Assembly: GCA_019419625.1 (NCBI GenBank)
Contig: DXZO01000005.1
Coordinates: 7,587-71,586, forward strand
Source of the DNA: Collinsella sp.
Lineage (GTDB): Bacteria > Actinomycetota > Coriobacteriia > Coriobacteriales > Coriobacteriaceae
Length of the DNA stretch: 64,000 nt
Direction of reading: 5' to 3'
Shown one piece after another: positions 35,304 to 45,080 of this stretch. A program made the position numbers and the translations under genes. The notes beneath the pieces were generated by a model. The model did not search any database. It saw only the letters and a list, made by a program, of their open reading frames with translations, and had not been told where the DNA came from. Every line of letters starts with the position of its first letter. The first letter of the stretch is position 1.

Positions 35304-37970
35304 ATGACACCTCTCGCAAAACGTCTCCCGCGCGAGCTGCGCCGCAATATCGGCAAGTACCTGGGCATCTTTTTGCTTATGTGCGGAAGCATCGCTCTCA
35401 CCTCGGGCTTTTTGCTCGCAGCGCATTCCATCGGCTGCCTTATCGACGACATGCGCGATGCGTACACGATTGAGGACGGCCGCGTGACCACCTCCTTCGA
35501 GGCAACCAAAGACCAGCTCAAGGCAGCCGAGGACGCGGCCGACGACGTCGGCGGCGTCACGCTCTACAAGAATTTCTCCATCGACGCCATCATCAAAAAG
35601 ACCGCCGGCGACGACGGCACCAAGCGCACGCTGCGCACCTATGCGCACCGCACCAAGGTCGATATCGCGTCCTACTGTGAGGGCAGGCAGCCCAAGACGG
35701 ACGATGAGGTGGCCATCGACCGTGTCTTCGCCACCAACAACGACCTCGCCGTGGGCGATAAGGTCGAGCTTGAGGGCCGCACCTACACCATTTGCGGCAT
35801 CATGACCCAGCCCGATAGCCAGGCGCTGTTCCTCAACAATTCGGACTTTACGGTGAACACCATCACGTTTGGTGTTGCCGAGGTTACCGACGCCGGTTTT
35901 GCCGCGCTCGAGGATGCCGGCGGCGCACCCGCCTACACCTACTCCTTCACCTTTGCCGATCGCGATCTCTCCACTGCAGACCGCATCGACGCCGAGCAAG
36001 ATATGGTCGAGGCACTGACCGACGCCGATGCGCGCGTGGACGATCTTGTCGACGCCGATTCCAACCAGGGCATTGGCTATGCGCGCGACGACGTGGACGG
36101 CGACTCCACGATGTGGATGACGCTGCTCGACATCATCATCGTGATCATGGCGTTTGTCTTTGTGGTCCTTACCGACGCCACCATCGAGGAGGAGAGCGCC
36201 ATCATCGGCACGCTGCTCGCCAGCGGCTATCGTCGACGCGAGATCGTGCTGCACTACCTTGCGCTTCCCGCTATCGTGGGCGTGGTCGCGGCGCTTTTGG
36301 GCACTGCGCTCGGCGTTGTGTTCTTTACCGAGCCCATGCGCGGCCTCTATTACGGTTCGTATAGCCTGCCGCCCTTCCAGGTGTACTGGAGCTGGGAGAT
36401 CTTTGTGAAGTGCGCCGTGGTTCCCGCCGCCGCGCTCATCCTCATTACGCTGGTGGGCCTGCTTCGCAAGATGGGCAAGACGCCGTTGCAGTTCCTTCGT
36501 CACGAGGCGAGCGGCAAATCGGGCACCAAGCGCGGCCTGCAGCTGTCGGAGCGCATGGGCTTTGTTTCCCGCTTCCGCCTGCGTATCTTCCTGCGCAACC
36601 TGGGCAACTTCGCCACGCTCTTCGTGGGCATTGCGTTTGCCTCGCTGCTACTGCTCTTTGGCCTGGCGATTCTGCCCACGATGACGCACTACGCCGACAA
36701 CCTCGAGACAAGCCTGGTCGCTGAGCACCAGTACACGCTCAAGGCTCCGCTGGAGCTCGAGGGCACCGCCGAGGAGCGCGAGCAGTGGTCGGCATTCGAG
36801 CGCTTGCAATCGGTTGACGGCGCGCTGCTTTCCGCCGCCCGGGATGCCGATGGCGAGCTCGACGACGCGGCCGATGCTGCGCAGGCGGCAGCCGATGCCG
36901 CGACCGCATCTCCGTCTGCCGAGAGCCTGGCCGCAGCGCAGGATGCGCTTGCCAAGGTCCAGGACAAGAAGGATGCGCTCTACGCGCGCCTTGACGATCT
37001 TGCCGATGCCCTCGGCTGCAACCGCGACGAGGCTATCGACCTGATCGACAAGGCCTCTAAGATCGACGCTGACAACGACGATATCCACCCGGTCAATACG
37101 ACCGACAACGGCGCGGGTACAATCGCACAGGCCGAGAAATACGCCGTTTACCAGCTGCAATACGACCGCGGCGATGGAAATGGCGAGGAGACGATTTCCG
37201 TCTACGGCATTTCATCCGATTCACGCTATTGGAAAGACCTCAACGTCGGCGATGGGCGCGTCGTCTTTGGCGGCGGTCTGCTCGATAAGTTTTGCTGGAG
37301 CGAGGGCCAGAAGGTCACGCTCGGCGACAAGTACGAGGGCGAGCATTATTCCCTTGAGTACGCGGGCAAGGACTGTGCCTGGGGCTCCAAGTCGGACATG
37401 AATATCTATATGAGCATCGATGACTTTAACGAGCTGTTCGACAACGATGCCGCTTACTTTAACGGCTATGTGAGCGACGAGAAGCTCGACCTCGATGCTC
37501 GTTACTTTGCCGGCGACACCACACCCGACGACATGCGCGCCGTGGGCGACCAGTTCATCGGCATGATGAGCAAAATGATCGGCATGATGGTTGGGCTTGC
37601 GGTGTTCATCTTCCTGCTGTTTATGTACCTGCTGACCAAGGCGGTGATCGACCACAGCGCCCGTTCGATTAGTTACATGAAGGTCTTTGGCTATCGCGAT
37701 AGCGAGATCTCGCATCTGTACATCCGCTCGATCACGCTGTGCGTGGCGGCGTCGCTCGTGCTGAGCCTGCCGGTCATTATTGGCTCGCTCACGGCCATCT
37801 TCCGCTCGATGCTGCTCGCCTACAACGGCAATATCGAGATCTACGTGCCCGCATGGTCCATGGCTGCATGCGTCGGCATTGGCTTTGCGACCTACCTGGT
37901 CGTGGCGCTGCTACACACGCGTTCTATCAAGCGCGTCAGTCTGGCCGAAGCCCTCAAAGTCCAAGAGTAG
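35304..37970 (+). CDS. Large FtsX-family ABC permease (two FtsX modules, large acidic extracytoplasmic domains)
   Basis: ~888 aa with TM clusters near aa 20-45, 280-410, 440-470 and 770-890. Long Asp/Ala-rich soluble segment between them. Follows the ATPase by 9 nt. Confidence 0.8.
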   Translation: MTPLAKRLPRELRRNIGKYLGIFLLMCGSIALTSGFLLAAHSIGCLIDDMRDAYTIEDGRVTTSFEATKDQLKAAEDAADDVGGVTLYKNFSIDAIIKKTAGDDGTKRTLRTYAHRTKVDIASYCEGRQPKTDDEVAIDRVFATNNDLAVGDKVELEGRTYTICGIMTQPDSQALFLNNSDFTVNTITFGVAEVTDAGFAALEDAGGAPAYTYSFTFADRDLSTADRIDAEQDMVEALTDADARVDDLVDADSNQGIGYARDDVDGDSTMWMTLLDIIIVIMAFVFVVLTDATIEEESAIIGTLLASGYRRREIVLHYLALPAIVGVVAALLGTALGVVFFTEPMRGLYYGSYSLPPFQVYWSWEIFVKCAVVPAAALILITLVGLLRKMGKTPLQFLRHEASGKSGTKRGLQLSERMGFVSRFRLRIFLRNLGNFATLFVGIAFASLLLLFGLAILPTMTHYADNLETSLVAEHQYTLKAPLELEGTAEEREQWSAFERLQSVDGALLSAARDADGELDDAADAAQAAADAATASPSAESLAAAQDALAKVQDKKDALYARLDDLADALGCNRDEAIDLIDKASKIDADNDDIHPVNTTDNGAGTIAQAEKYAVYQLQYDRGDGNGEETISVYGISSDSRYWKDLNVGDGRVVFGGGLLDKFCWSEGQKVTLGDKYEGEHYSLEYAGKDCAWGSKSDMNIYMSIDDFNELFDNDAAYFNGYVSDEKLDLDARYFAGDTTPDDMRAVGDQFIGMMSKMIGMMVGLAVFIFLLFMYLLTKAVIDHSARSISYMKVFGYRDSEISHLYIRSITLCVAASLVLSLPVIIGSLTAIFRSMLLAYNGNIEIYVPAWSMAACVGIGFATYLVVALLHTRSIKRVSLAEALKVQE

Positions 37971-37994
37971 TCATTTAAGAACGTCCCCAACGAC
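37964..37994 (+). repeat. GTCCCCAA-family repeat overlapping the stop codon of the permease gene
   Basis: AGAGTAGTCATTTAAGAACGTCCCCAACGAC. The first 12 nt (AGAGTAGTCATT, including the TAG stop) are identical to 46481-46492 at the end of another gene. Confidence 0.8.
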
Positions 37995-38079
37995 TCGGTT
38001 TCGCGCTTGACTTCGGCCCCACTTCAACGGGTACCATCCTCTATGTCTGTAACGCCATATAGACCGAGGGGATATATCT

Positions 38080-39285
38080 ATGACCGCAACTGCACCCGCA
38101 GCACCCGCTAAGGTGTACTTCACCAACCTGCGCACGCATGCTCGCGAGAGCCAGCTCGACAAGCTCAAGCGCCTCATTCGCCGCGCCGGCATTGAGCAGA
38201 TCGACTTCGAGAACAAGTTCGTCGCCATTAAGATTCACTTTGGCGAGCTGGGCAACCTGAGCTTTTTGCGCCCCAACTACGCCCGCGCCGTCGCGGATGT
38301 CGTCAAGGAGCTGGGCGGCAAGCCCTTTCTCACCGACTGCAACACGCTCTATGTCGGTAGCCGCAAAAACGCGCTCGAGCACATCGATACCGCCTACCAG
38401 AACGGCTTTACCCCGTATGCCACGGGCTGCCAGGTTATCATCGCCGACGGTCTCAAGGGTACCGACGAAGCGCTCGTCCCGGTCGAGGGCGGCGAGTATG
38501 TGCACGAGGCCAAGATCGGTCAGGCGCTCATGGATGCCGATATCGTGATCAGCCTCACCCACTTTAAGGGTCATGAGCAGGCCGGTTTTGGCGGCGCCAT
38601 GAAGAACCTGGGCATGGGCGGCGGCAGTCGCGCCGGCAAGATGGAGCAGCATGCCGCCGGCAAGCCGAACGTCGCGACCGAGCACTGCGTTGGCTGCCGT
38701 GCCTGCGAAAAGATTTGCGCGCACAACGCTGTCTCGTTCGACGACACCCGCGAGCGCGAGCTTGCTAACGGCAACACCCGCACGGTTCACGTCGCCGCTA
38801 TCGACCACGATCGCTGCGTGGGTTGCGGACGCTGCATTGCGGCATGCAATCAGGACTGCATCAAGCCCGGCTATGACGCCGCGGCCGACGTGCTCAACTG
38901 CAAGATCGCCGAGTACACCAAGGCCGTCGTCGACGGCCGCCCGAGCTTCCACATTTCGCTCGCCATGGACATTAGCCCCAACTGCGATTGCCATCCCGAA
39001 AACGACACGCCTATCGTCAACGATATCGGCATGTTCGCGAGCTTCGACCCGGTCGCCATCGACCAGGCCTGCGCCGACGCCGTCATGGCATCCGAGCCGC
39101 TGCCCAACACCGAGCTCACCGATAGCGCGGCCAAGATGGAGCATAATCACGAGCATCTGGAGGGCGAGCAGGCCAAGGACCCCTTCTGCATTACGCATCC
39201 CGACACCGACTGGCGCACCTGCATCGCGCACGCCGAGAAGATCGGCCTGGGCACGAGCAAGTACGAGCTCATCGAGGTCAAATAG
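38080..39285 (+). CDS. DUF362-like protein with inserted 2x[4Fe-4S] ferredoxin domain
   Basis: 401 aa with CVGCRACEKIC and CVGCGRCIAAC clusters. N-terminus VYFTNLR...VAIKIHFGE...FLTDCNTLY. Function unknown. Confidence 0.6.
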   Translation: MTATAPAAPAKVYFTNLRTHARESQLDKLKRLIRRAGIEQIDFENKFVAIKIHFGELGNLSFLRPNYARAVADVVKELGGKPFLTDCNTLYVGSRKNALEHIDTAYQNGFTPYATGCQVIIADGLKGTDEALVPVEGGEYVHEAKIGQALMDADIVISLTHFKGHEQAGFGGAMKNLGMGGGSRAGKMEQHAAGKPNVATEHCVGCRACEKICAHNAVSFDDTRERELANGNTRTVHVAAIDHDRCVGCGRCIAACNQDCIKPGYDAAADVLNCKIAEYTKAVVDGRPSFHISLAMDISPNCDCHPENDTPIVNDIGMFASFDPVAIDQACADAVMASEPLPNTELTDSAAKMEHNHEHLEGEQAKDPFCITHPDTDWRTCIAHAEKIGLGTSKYELIEVK

Positions 39286-39332
39286 AGCCTAGCTATTGAA
39301 CAAAACAAGCGCTTTTGTGGCGCAAGTCGAAC

Positions 39333-39372
39333 AAAAGCCGCCCGCGAGCACAGTGCCCACGGGCGGCTTTTC
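39333..39372 (+). terminator. Intrinsic terminator
   Basis: Perfect 12-bp stem AAAAGCCGCCCG / CGGGCGGCTTTT followed by a short T-run. Confidence 0.65.
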
Positions 39373-39498
39373 GGAAGTGCGGTGAAAAATCGAATACCGC
39401 CGACCACAAACCGATTTTTGGCAACAAAACCCCTGATAAATTGTTGGTAAAACTGTGGTCTGGTCGGGCTTCGCGCGATTTTCCCCGCACTTCCGAAA
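39370..39498. repeat. ~130-bp segment bounded by a ~22-bp imperfect inverted repeat
   Basis: TTCGGAAGTGCGGTGAAAAATCG (39370-39392) versus CGATTTTCCCCGCACTTCCGAA (39477-39498). Confidence 0.6.
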
Positions 39499-39538
39499 AC
39501 AGGAGGGGTCAGATAGACCAGTAAACCGTGCTATTCGC

Positions 39539-40504
39539 CTAAAAATACTCGTCGAGGAAGTTGTTGACCGTGTTCCAGTAGAGCTTGGGGTCAACTTGCG
39601 CACTCTTGGCGTGGGTGGCGCCATGGATGGTGAGCTTTTGCTTGACTTTGCTGGCGCACGCGTCGTAGTTTTGGTCGAGCATGTCGTACGGCACAAAGGT
39701 GTCCTGGTCGCCGTGGATAAACAGCATGGGAACCGTTGCGTGTTTGAGTTGCTCCACGCTGCTCGCCTTGTGAAAGTCGTAGCCCGCGCGCACGTTGCAC
39801 ACCAAGTTTGCTACATCGAGCAAGGGAAAGCTGGGCAGGCCGAACACGTCCTTGAGCTGCAGAGAAAACTCGTCCCAAACACTCGTATAACCACAGTCCT
39901 CGATAATGCATTTTACGTTTGCGGGCAGAGATTCCCCCGCGACGTTCATGGCGGTTGCTGCACCCATCGACTCGCCAAAGACCAGGATGCGCGCCTCGGG
40001 GTCAGCCTGAACGATCCGCCCAATCCATGCAACGACATCGAGCCGTTCGGGCCAGCCCATGCCGATATAGTCGCCGCCGGAGCGCTCGTGGGCGCGGGCG
40101 GCAGGCGCGAGCACGTTCATGCCGCGGTCGTGGAAGCGCTTGGCGTATCGGGCCATGCCGATGGGCTCGTTGGTATATCCATGCAGGCAGACGGCGTAGT
40201 CGTGGGTGTTCTCCGAGGCGGCAAAATACCAAGCGGCAAGCTCGGTTCCGTCATCTGCGGTGAGGCTGCTGCTCTTGCGGTTTTCTTTAAACCATGCCCG
40301 CGCCTCGGTGGCCTCGGCATCCGGCTGCTCACCGTCTTTGTCGTTCTTGCTATCCTGCATCATCTTCATGGTGTACGGCGCTTGGGGATTCAGCGCGAAG
40401 TCAAACAGAAAGTTGCCGGCAAATCCGAGCAGCGCAACGACAACCACCAGTGCAACGATGCCGGCTATCTTGAGCTTTCGATGGGAACGTGCGTTTTGAA
40501 CCAT
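39539..40504 (-). CDS. Membrane-anchored alpha/beta-fold hydrolase
   Basis: 321 aa. N-terminal TM helix (IAGIVALVVVVALLGFAG), a nucleophile elbow GESMGA, and distal D and H residues (IHGDQD, HGATH). AGGAGAA SD. Confidence 0.75.
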   Translation of the reverse strand: MVQNARSHRKLKIAGIVALVVVVALLGFAGNFLFDFALNPQAPYTMKMMQDSKNDKDGEQPDAEATEARAWFKENRKSSSLTADDGTELAAWYFAASENTHDYAVCLHGYTNEPIGMARYAKRFHDRGMNVLAPAARAHERSGGDYIGMGWPERLDVVAWIGRIVQADPEARILVFGESMGAATAMNVAGESLPANVKCIIEDCGYTSVWDEFSLQLKDVFGLPSFPLLDVANLVCNVRAGYDFHKASSVEQLKHATVPMLFIHGDQDTFVPYDMLDQNYDACASKVKQKLTIHGATHAKSAQVDPKLYWNTVNNFLDEYF

Positions 40505-40690
40505 GCGGTATTCTCCTATAAGATGTTAATACGTCAACATTTAATGCAAGCGCATTATGGACGTTCGCCGTTGATGCGTCAACAGGCAAAGAATGGGTAA
40601 ACAAAGGGTCACGTATGGTGCAAATTTCGCACGTACCTAGACGCTTTGATATAGTGTTGAGAACTCTTTACGTTGGAGGATGTAACCGGC

Positions 40691-41374
40691 ATGTCCGATT
40701 CGAGCGACAGTTCTAAGCCGCGACCCAAGACCGCGGCCGTTCCACACTACACGGTGGGCGAGGAGATCATGAACTCCGTCACCCATGGTGTCGGCTGCCT
40801 GCTGGGTATCGCGGGCCTGGTGCTCCTGATCGTATTCGCCGCCCTGCGCGGCGGAGGCCCGGCCCACATGGCCGCGGCGATTGTCTATGGCGTCAGCATT
40901 ATCCTCGAATACCTTGCCTCCACGCTCTACCATGCGATTCAGCCCGCTCGCGCCAAGCGCGTGTTTCGCATCATCGACCACAGCTGCATCTACCTGCTCA
41001 TAGCCGGCAGCTATACGCCGTTTTGCCTCATCACGCTCGCAAACGATGGCGGTCCTGCGCTGTTCTTTGCCGTATGGGCCATCGCCATTATCGGCATCGC
41101 CCTCGAGTGCTTTATGCGTGAGCGTCAACCGCACTGGGTAAGTGGCCTGGTCTACCTGCTGATGGGCTGGCTCGTTGTCTTTAAGCTGCCCGAGCTCGTG
41201 TCGCTGCTCAACCCCGTGGCACTTGCCCTGCTTGCCGTCGGCGGCGTGTGCTACACCGCGGGCGTGCCGTTCTATATCGCCAAAAACGTGCGCTATCTGC
41301 ACAGCGTGTTTCACCTGTGGGTGCTCGCCGGCAGCATCTTCCAGTTCATGGCGGTGATCCTCTTCGTAATCTAG
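40691..41374 (+). CDS. Hemolysin III / PAQR family membrane protein
   Basis: 7-TM profile with EEIMNSVTHGVG and SVFHLWV motifs. ATG at 40691; the TTG at 40673 is also possible. Confidence 0.8.
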   Translation: MSDSSDSSKPRPKTAAVPHYTVGEEIMNSVTHGVGCLLGIAGLVLLIVFAALRGGGPAHMAAAIVYGVSIILEYLASTLYHAIQPARAKRVFRIIDHSCIYLLIAGSYTPFCLITLANDGGPALFFAVWAIAIIGIALECFMRERQPHWVSGLVYLLMGWLVVFKLPELVSLLNPVALALLAVGGVCYTAGVPFYIAKNVRYLHSVFHLWVLAGSIFQFMAVILFVI

Positions 41375-41483
41375 CGACCATGCCTGCGCGCCCGCGTCCT
41401 CGTTTGGGCGCCGGCGCAATTGCCGTATCCGTCATCAACGTTTTACCCTGACGCCCGAATCTTGGAGGTTCGAGAAACTCCCG

Positions 41484-42857
41484 ATGGACATAACCATCTC
41501 CCTTATCACCACCCTCGTTTTAACCCTCATCAACGGCTACTTCTCTATGTCCGAGATGGCGCTCACCACGGCAAAGCGCGCTGTGCTGGAGCACGAGGCC
41601 GAGGAAGGCGACAAACGCGCCGAGCGCGCCATTAAGCTGGCCGCCGATTCCGACCAGCTGCTCGCTACCATCCAGGTCGCCATCACGCTCGTGGGCTTTG
41701 CCTCGTCCGCCGTCGCCTCGACGAGCCTGTCCGACCCGCTTGCCACGTGGCTCATGAGCTTTGGCATCGCGCCGCTTTCCGCCATCGCGCGCGGCCTGGC
41801 GCCGGTCATCATTACCGTCGCCGTCGCCTTTGTGTCCATCGTGATTGGCGAGCTCGTGCCCAAGCGCATCGGCCTCGCTAACGCCGAGGGCGTATCCAAG
41901 CAGGTCGTGGGACCGCTCTCCGTGTTCCAAAAGATCGCCCGCCCGCTCGTGTGGCTGACCGGCGCTTGCTCCGATGGTCTGGCCCGCATCCTGCGCATCA
42001 AGAGCGCCGACGACCGCCAGAACGTCTCGGAGGAAGAGATCAAGTACATGGTCTCGGAGCAGGACGATTTGCTCGACGAGGAAAAGCGCATGATCCACGA
42101 GATCTTCGACCTGGGCGACACCGTTGCCCGCGAGGTCATGGTGCCGCGCGTGGACACCACCATGTGCGAGGACGACGAGACGGTCGCCGACGTGCTGTCC
42201 GCCATGCGCCAGACCGGCTTTAGCCGCATCCCCGTCTACCACGAGGATCCTGACAACGTCGTGGGCATCGCGCACATCAAGGACCTGATCCAGCCTTCGC
42301 TCGACGGCAAGGGCGACCAACCCATCGCTGACTTTTTGCGCGACGCCGCCTTTGTGCCCGACACCAAGGACATCCTGCCGCTGCTGTCCGAGATGCAGAC
42401 CTCGCACGACCAGATCGTAGTGGTCGTGGACGAGTACGGCGGCACGGCCGGCATCATCACCATCGAGGACATCGTCGAGGAGATCGTGGGCGAGATCGAG
42501 GACGAGTTCGACCCCGACAACAAGTACCTCACGCGCCTTTCGCGCCGCGAGTGGCTTGTCGATGGGCGTTTTTCGTGCGATGACGCGATTGAGCTTGGTT
42601 GGCCGCTCGAGGAAAGCGATGATTATGAGACCATCGCCGGCTGGATTTTGGAGCTTTGCGACTCGGTGCCCGACATCGGAGAGGTGTTTGAGGTTGCGGG
42701 GTACAAGTTTAAGGTGCAGTCGATGCGTGGCCAGCGCATCTCGCTCATTCGCGTGATCGCTCCGGCCGAAACCGATAAGAAGGATTCCGAGCCCTCGGCA
42801 GATAAGCCGGCGGCGTCGGACGCGGGTTCTGCGGACCCGCACGACGGCGACGAGTAG
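41484..42857 (+). CDS. CNNM/DUF21 + CBS pair + CorC_HlyC domain protein (TlyC/CorC-like putative Mg2+/Co2+ efflux)
   Basis: 457 aa. The N-terminal 4-TM DUF21 starts LINGYFSMSEMAL. It is followed by a CBS pair (VMVPRVD...) and a C-terminal transporter-associated domain (FKVQSMRGQRISLIRV). Confidence 0.85.
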   Translation: MDITISLITTLVLTLINGYFSMSEMALTTAKRAVLEHEAEEGDKRAERAIKLAADSDQLLATIQVAITLVGFASSAVASTSLSDPLATWLMSFGIAPLSAIARGLAPVIITVAVAFVSIVIGELVPKRIGLANAEGVSKQVVGPLSVFQKIARPLVWLTGACSDGLARILRIKSADDRQNVSEEEIKYMVSEQDDLLDEEKRMIHEIFDLGDTVAREVMVPRVDTTMCEDDETVADVLSAMRQTGFSRIPVYHEDPDNVVGIAHIKDLIQPSLDGKGDQPIADFLRDAAFVPDTKDILPLLSEMQTSHDQIVVVVDEYGGTAGIITIEDIVEEIVGEIEDEFDPDNKYLTRLSRREWLVDGRFSCDDAIELGWPLEESDDYETIAGWILELCDSVPDIGEVFEVAGYKFKVQSMRGQRISLIRVIAPAETDKKDSEPSADKPAASDAGSADPHDGDE

Positions 42858-42881
42858 GGCAAGGAAGAGTAGAGGAGAGTT

Positions 42882-43727
42882 ATGGCAGGCCTGTTCAACA
42901 TCCTTAAGGTCACCGTCAGCGAGGACAAGATCTGCGCGCATGTGCTGGTGAACCCCGGCATGCCGCTTATGACCTCGGAGGACATCGAGGCTACGGCGCG
43001 CGTGTACTACCTGGTGCCCGCGATTGCCAAGCACCTGTGCCTGGGCGATTCCGGTCGCGAATTCCAGGATTGCATGGGCCAGACCGAGCTTTGCCATCTG
43101 CTGGAGCACGTAACGGTCGAGCTCATGAACGAGACCGGGCTTGCCGGCAGCATTTCGTGCGGCCGCACTCGCGTGAGTGAGCACGACGAGCGCGTCTTTG
43201 AGGTCGAGCTTTCGTGTCCCGACGACGCGCTGGCCATCGGCGCGCTGTCTTCGGCGACCTTTATGATGGATTGGGCCTATCTGCATGCCGACCAGCCCGC
43301 TCCCGATGTGGACGGTACGGTTGCGGGTTTGCGCAACCTGGTGCTGGGCATGCGCGCCGAGGCCGAGGGCAAGGATCCGCATGAGGCCGTCGCCGCCGCG
43401 AATGCCGAGGGCGAGGCCGGGGACGCGACCGAGGATGAGGCTCCTGCCGAGGCTGCCGTCGATCCTGTCGACGAGGTGCCTGCTGAGGTGGCTTCCGAGC
43501 CCGAGCCCGCGGAGCCCCAGGGCGTCCCGAGCTTTGACGACGAACCGCAGGAGGCAATCGATACCGAGGGCGCGACTGCCGAAAGCCACGAGGCACCCGC
43601 TGCCGTCTACGGTGGCGCGGCGACGGCTCCGGTTGCCCCCGCGCACGAGGGAACGCTGCCGCTCGTTGACGGCGCCGGCGAGGACCCGAGCGCCACGGTG
43701 GCCATGCCGGCCGTGCCGCAGGAGTAG
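42882..43727 (+). CDS. Hypothetical protein: ~140-aa Cys/His-containing N-domain + acidic disordered tail
   Basis: GAGGAGAG SD. ELCHLLEHVTVELMNETG loosely recalls the cyanophycin-synthetase N-terminal domain motif, from memory only. The tail is Ala/Glu/Pro-rich. Confidence 0.55.
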   Translation: MAGLFNILKVTVSEDKICAHVLVNPGMPLMTSEDIEATARVYYLVPAIAKHLCLGDSGREFQDCMGQTELCHLLEHVTVELMNETGLAGSISCGRTRVSEHDERVFEVELSCPDDALAIGALSSATFMMDWAYLHADQPAPDVDGTVAGLRNLVLGMRAEAEGKDPHEAVAAANAEGEAGDATEDEAPAEAAVDPVDEVPAEVASEPEPAEPQGVPSFDDEPQEAIDTEGATAESHEAPAAVYGGAATAPVAPAHEGTLPLVDGAGEDPSATVAMPAVPQE

Positions 43728-43863
43728 GCTCACCCGCTTATCACCATCATGTACCTGCGCCTTTACCGTACGCAGATGAGCAAGACGGCAAGCGCTGTGC
43801 TGCGGGTATAATGGACAGCATTCAAACGGTGGGCGCCGAGGTGCCCGCAGGAGAGGAATGAAC

Positions 43864-44253
43864 ATGGGTAAGACTTTCAACTTTATCTCGGGTGCGCTCT
43901 TCGGTGCTGCCGCCGGCGCCATCATCGGCGTCGCCCTGGCTCCGCGCTCGGGCGCCGAGACCCGCGCCATGGCTGCCGATATCGCCAACGACGCCTGGGA
44001 TAACATGCGCGACACCTACGAGCACGGTGCCGAGGAGGCCCGCGCCGCGGTCAACGATTTTGGCCCGATGGTCGACGCCAAGACCGATGACCTGCGTGCC
44101 AAGGTTGACCTTGCCCGCGAGCGCATGGACCAGCTGCGTGAGCAGCTCAACGACGCCATCTCGGGCGGCAATGTGACGCCCGCCGCCGATGTCGTGGTCG
44201 AGAACGCCGTCGAGGCCGACGCCGAGGCCGCGGAGCCTTCGACCGAGGCATAA
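43864..44253 (+). CDS. YtxH-like small membrane-anchored protein
   Basis: MGKTFNFISGALFGAAAGAIIGVALAPRSGAETR is a typical YtxH N-terminus. The ATG at 43864 has better SD spacing than 43858. Confidence 0.7.
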   Translation: MGKTFNFISGALFGAAAGAIIGVALAPRSGAETRAMAADIANDAWDNMRDTYEHGAEEARAAVNDFGPMVDAKTDDLRAKVDLARERMDQLREQLNDAISGGNVTPAADVVVENAVEADAEAAEPSTEA

Positions 44254-45008
44254 TGCGCGCCGGGGATTTTGTCGGCGCTAAGATCTATCGCAAGCCTACC
44301 GAGGATAAGCGCACCAAAAAAGACGGCACGCCGCGCAGCCCTAAAAAGCTCGGCAAGATTCACTTTCCGGTCTTTACCCCGGGCGGTACGCGCGTGGTGG
44401 GCTTTATGGTCCGCCAGTCCGATATCGCGGGCATGATCGAGCGTCCCGATCGATTCGTAGCGCTCGACGCCATTGGTGTCTACGAGGGCGCCATTGCGGT
44501 CGATGACGTCAAGGACACGTACGATGCCGCCGCCGCCAAGCGCCTCGACATCAACCTGGACGATTGCATCATCTGGGTCGGTATGGACGTGCGCACGGAA
44601 TCGGGCGACGTCGTGGGCTATTGCTCGGACGTCGAGTTCAAGCCGCGCTCGGGCATCGTGCAGGCATTCTATGTGACCGCCGGTGCTGCTTCGAGTGTTT
44701 TGGTTGGTGACACGCAGGTGCCGCCGACGATGCTGCGCGGCTACGAGAACGGCGCGATGATTGTCTCGGACGAGGTCAAGGCGCTCGGGTATTCGGGCGG
44801 CGCGGCCGCCAAGGTTGCCGAGGCCAGTGTCGTGGTGGGCGACAAGGTCAAAAAGGGCGCCAAGGTGCTCGACGACAAGGGATCGGTCGCCGTGGACAAG
44901 GGCAGTCGCGCACTGGGCAAGCAGCTCGGCAAGACGCGCGGTATGTTCAAGGCCTTTAAGGACGAATACCAAAAGGCGAGCGGAGGCTCGTCTAAAGCTA
45001 CAAAATAG
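44253..45008 (+). CDS. Hypothetical protein, probable PRC-barrel domains
   Basis: 251 aa. Start overlaps the ytxH-like stop (TAATG). Repeated G-x-V-V-G-x-V beta-rich segments. Assignment is weak. Confidence 0.5.
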   Translation: MRAGDFVGAKIYRKPTEDKRTKKDGTPRSPKKLGKIHFPVFTPGGTRVVGFMVRQSDIAGMIERPDRFVALDAIGVYEGAIAVDDVKDTYDAAAAKRLDINLDDCIIWVGMDVRTESGDVVGYCSDVEFKPRSGIVQAFYVTAGAASSVLVGDTQVPPTMLRGYENGAMIVSDEVKALGYSGGAAAKVAEASVVVGDKVKKGAKVLDDKGSVAVDKGSRALGKQLGKTRGMFKAFKDEYQKASGGSSKATK

Positions 45009-45029
45009 CGACGTACCAAATGATGGGAG

Positions 45030-45067
45030 GCAAGCCGGAGACCTGTTGCTCCGGCTTGCTGTGTTTA
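45030..45067 (+). terminator. Intrinsic terminator
   Basis: GCAAGCCGGAG / CTCCGGCTTGC stem followed by TGTGTTTAT. Confidence 0.65.
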
Positions 45068-45080
45068 TGGGGGAGGGCAC

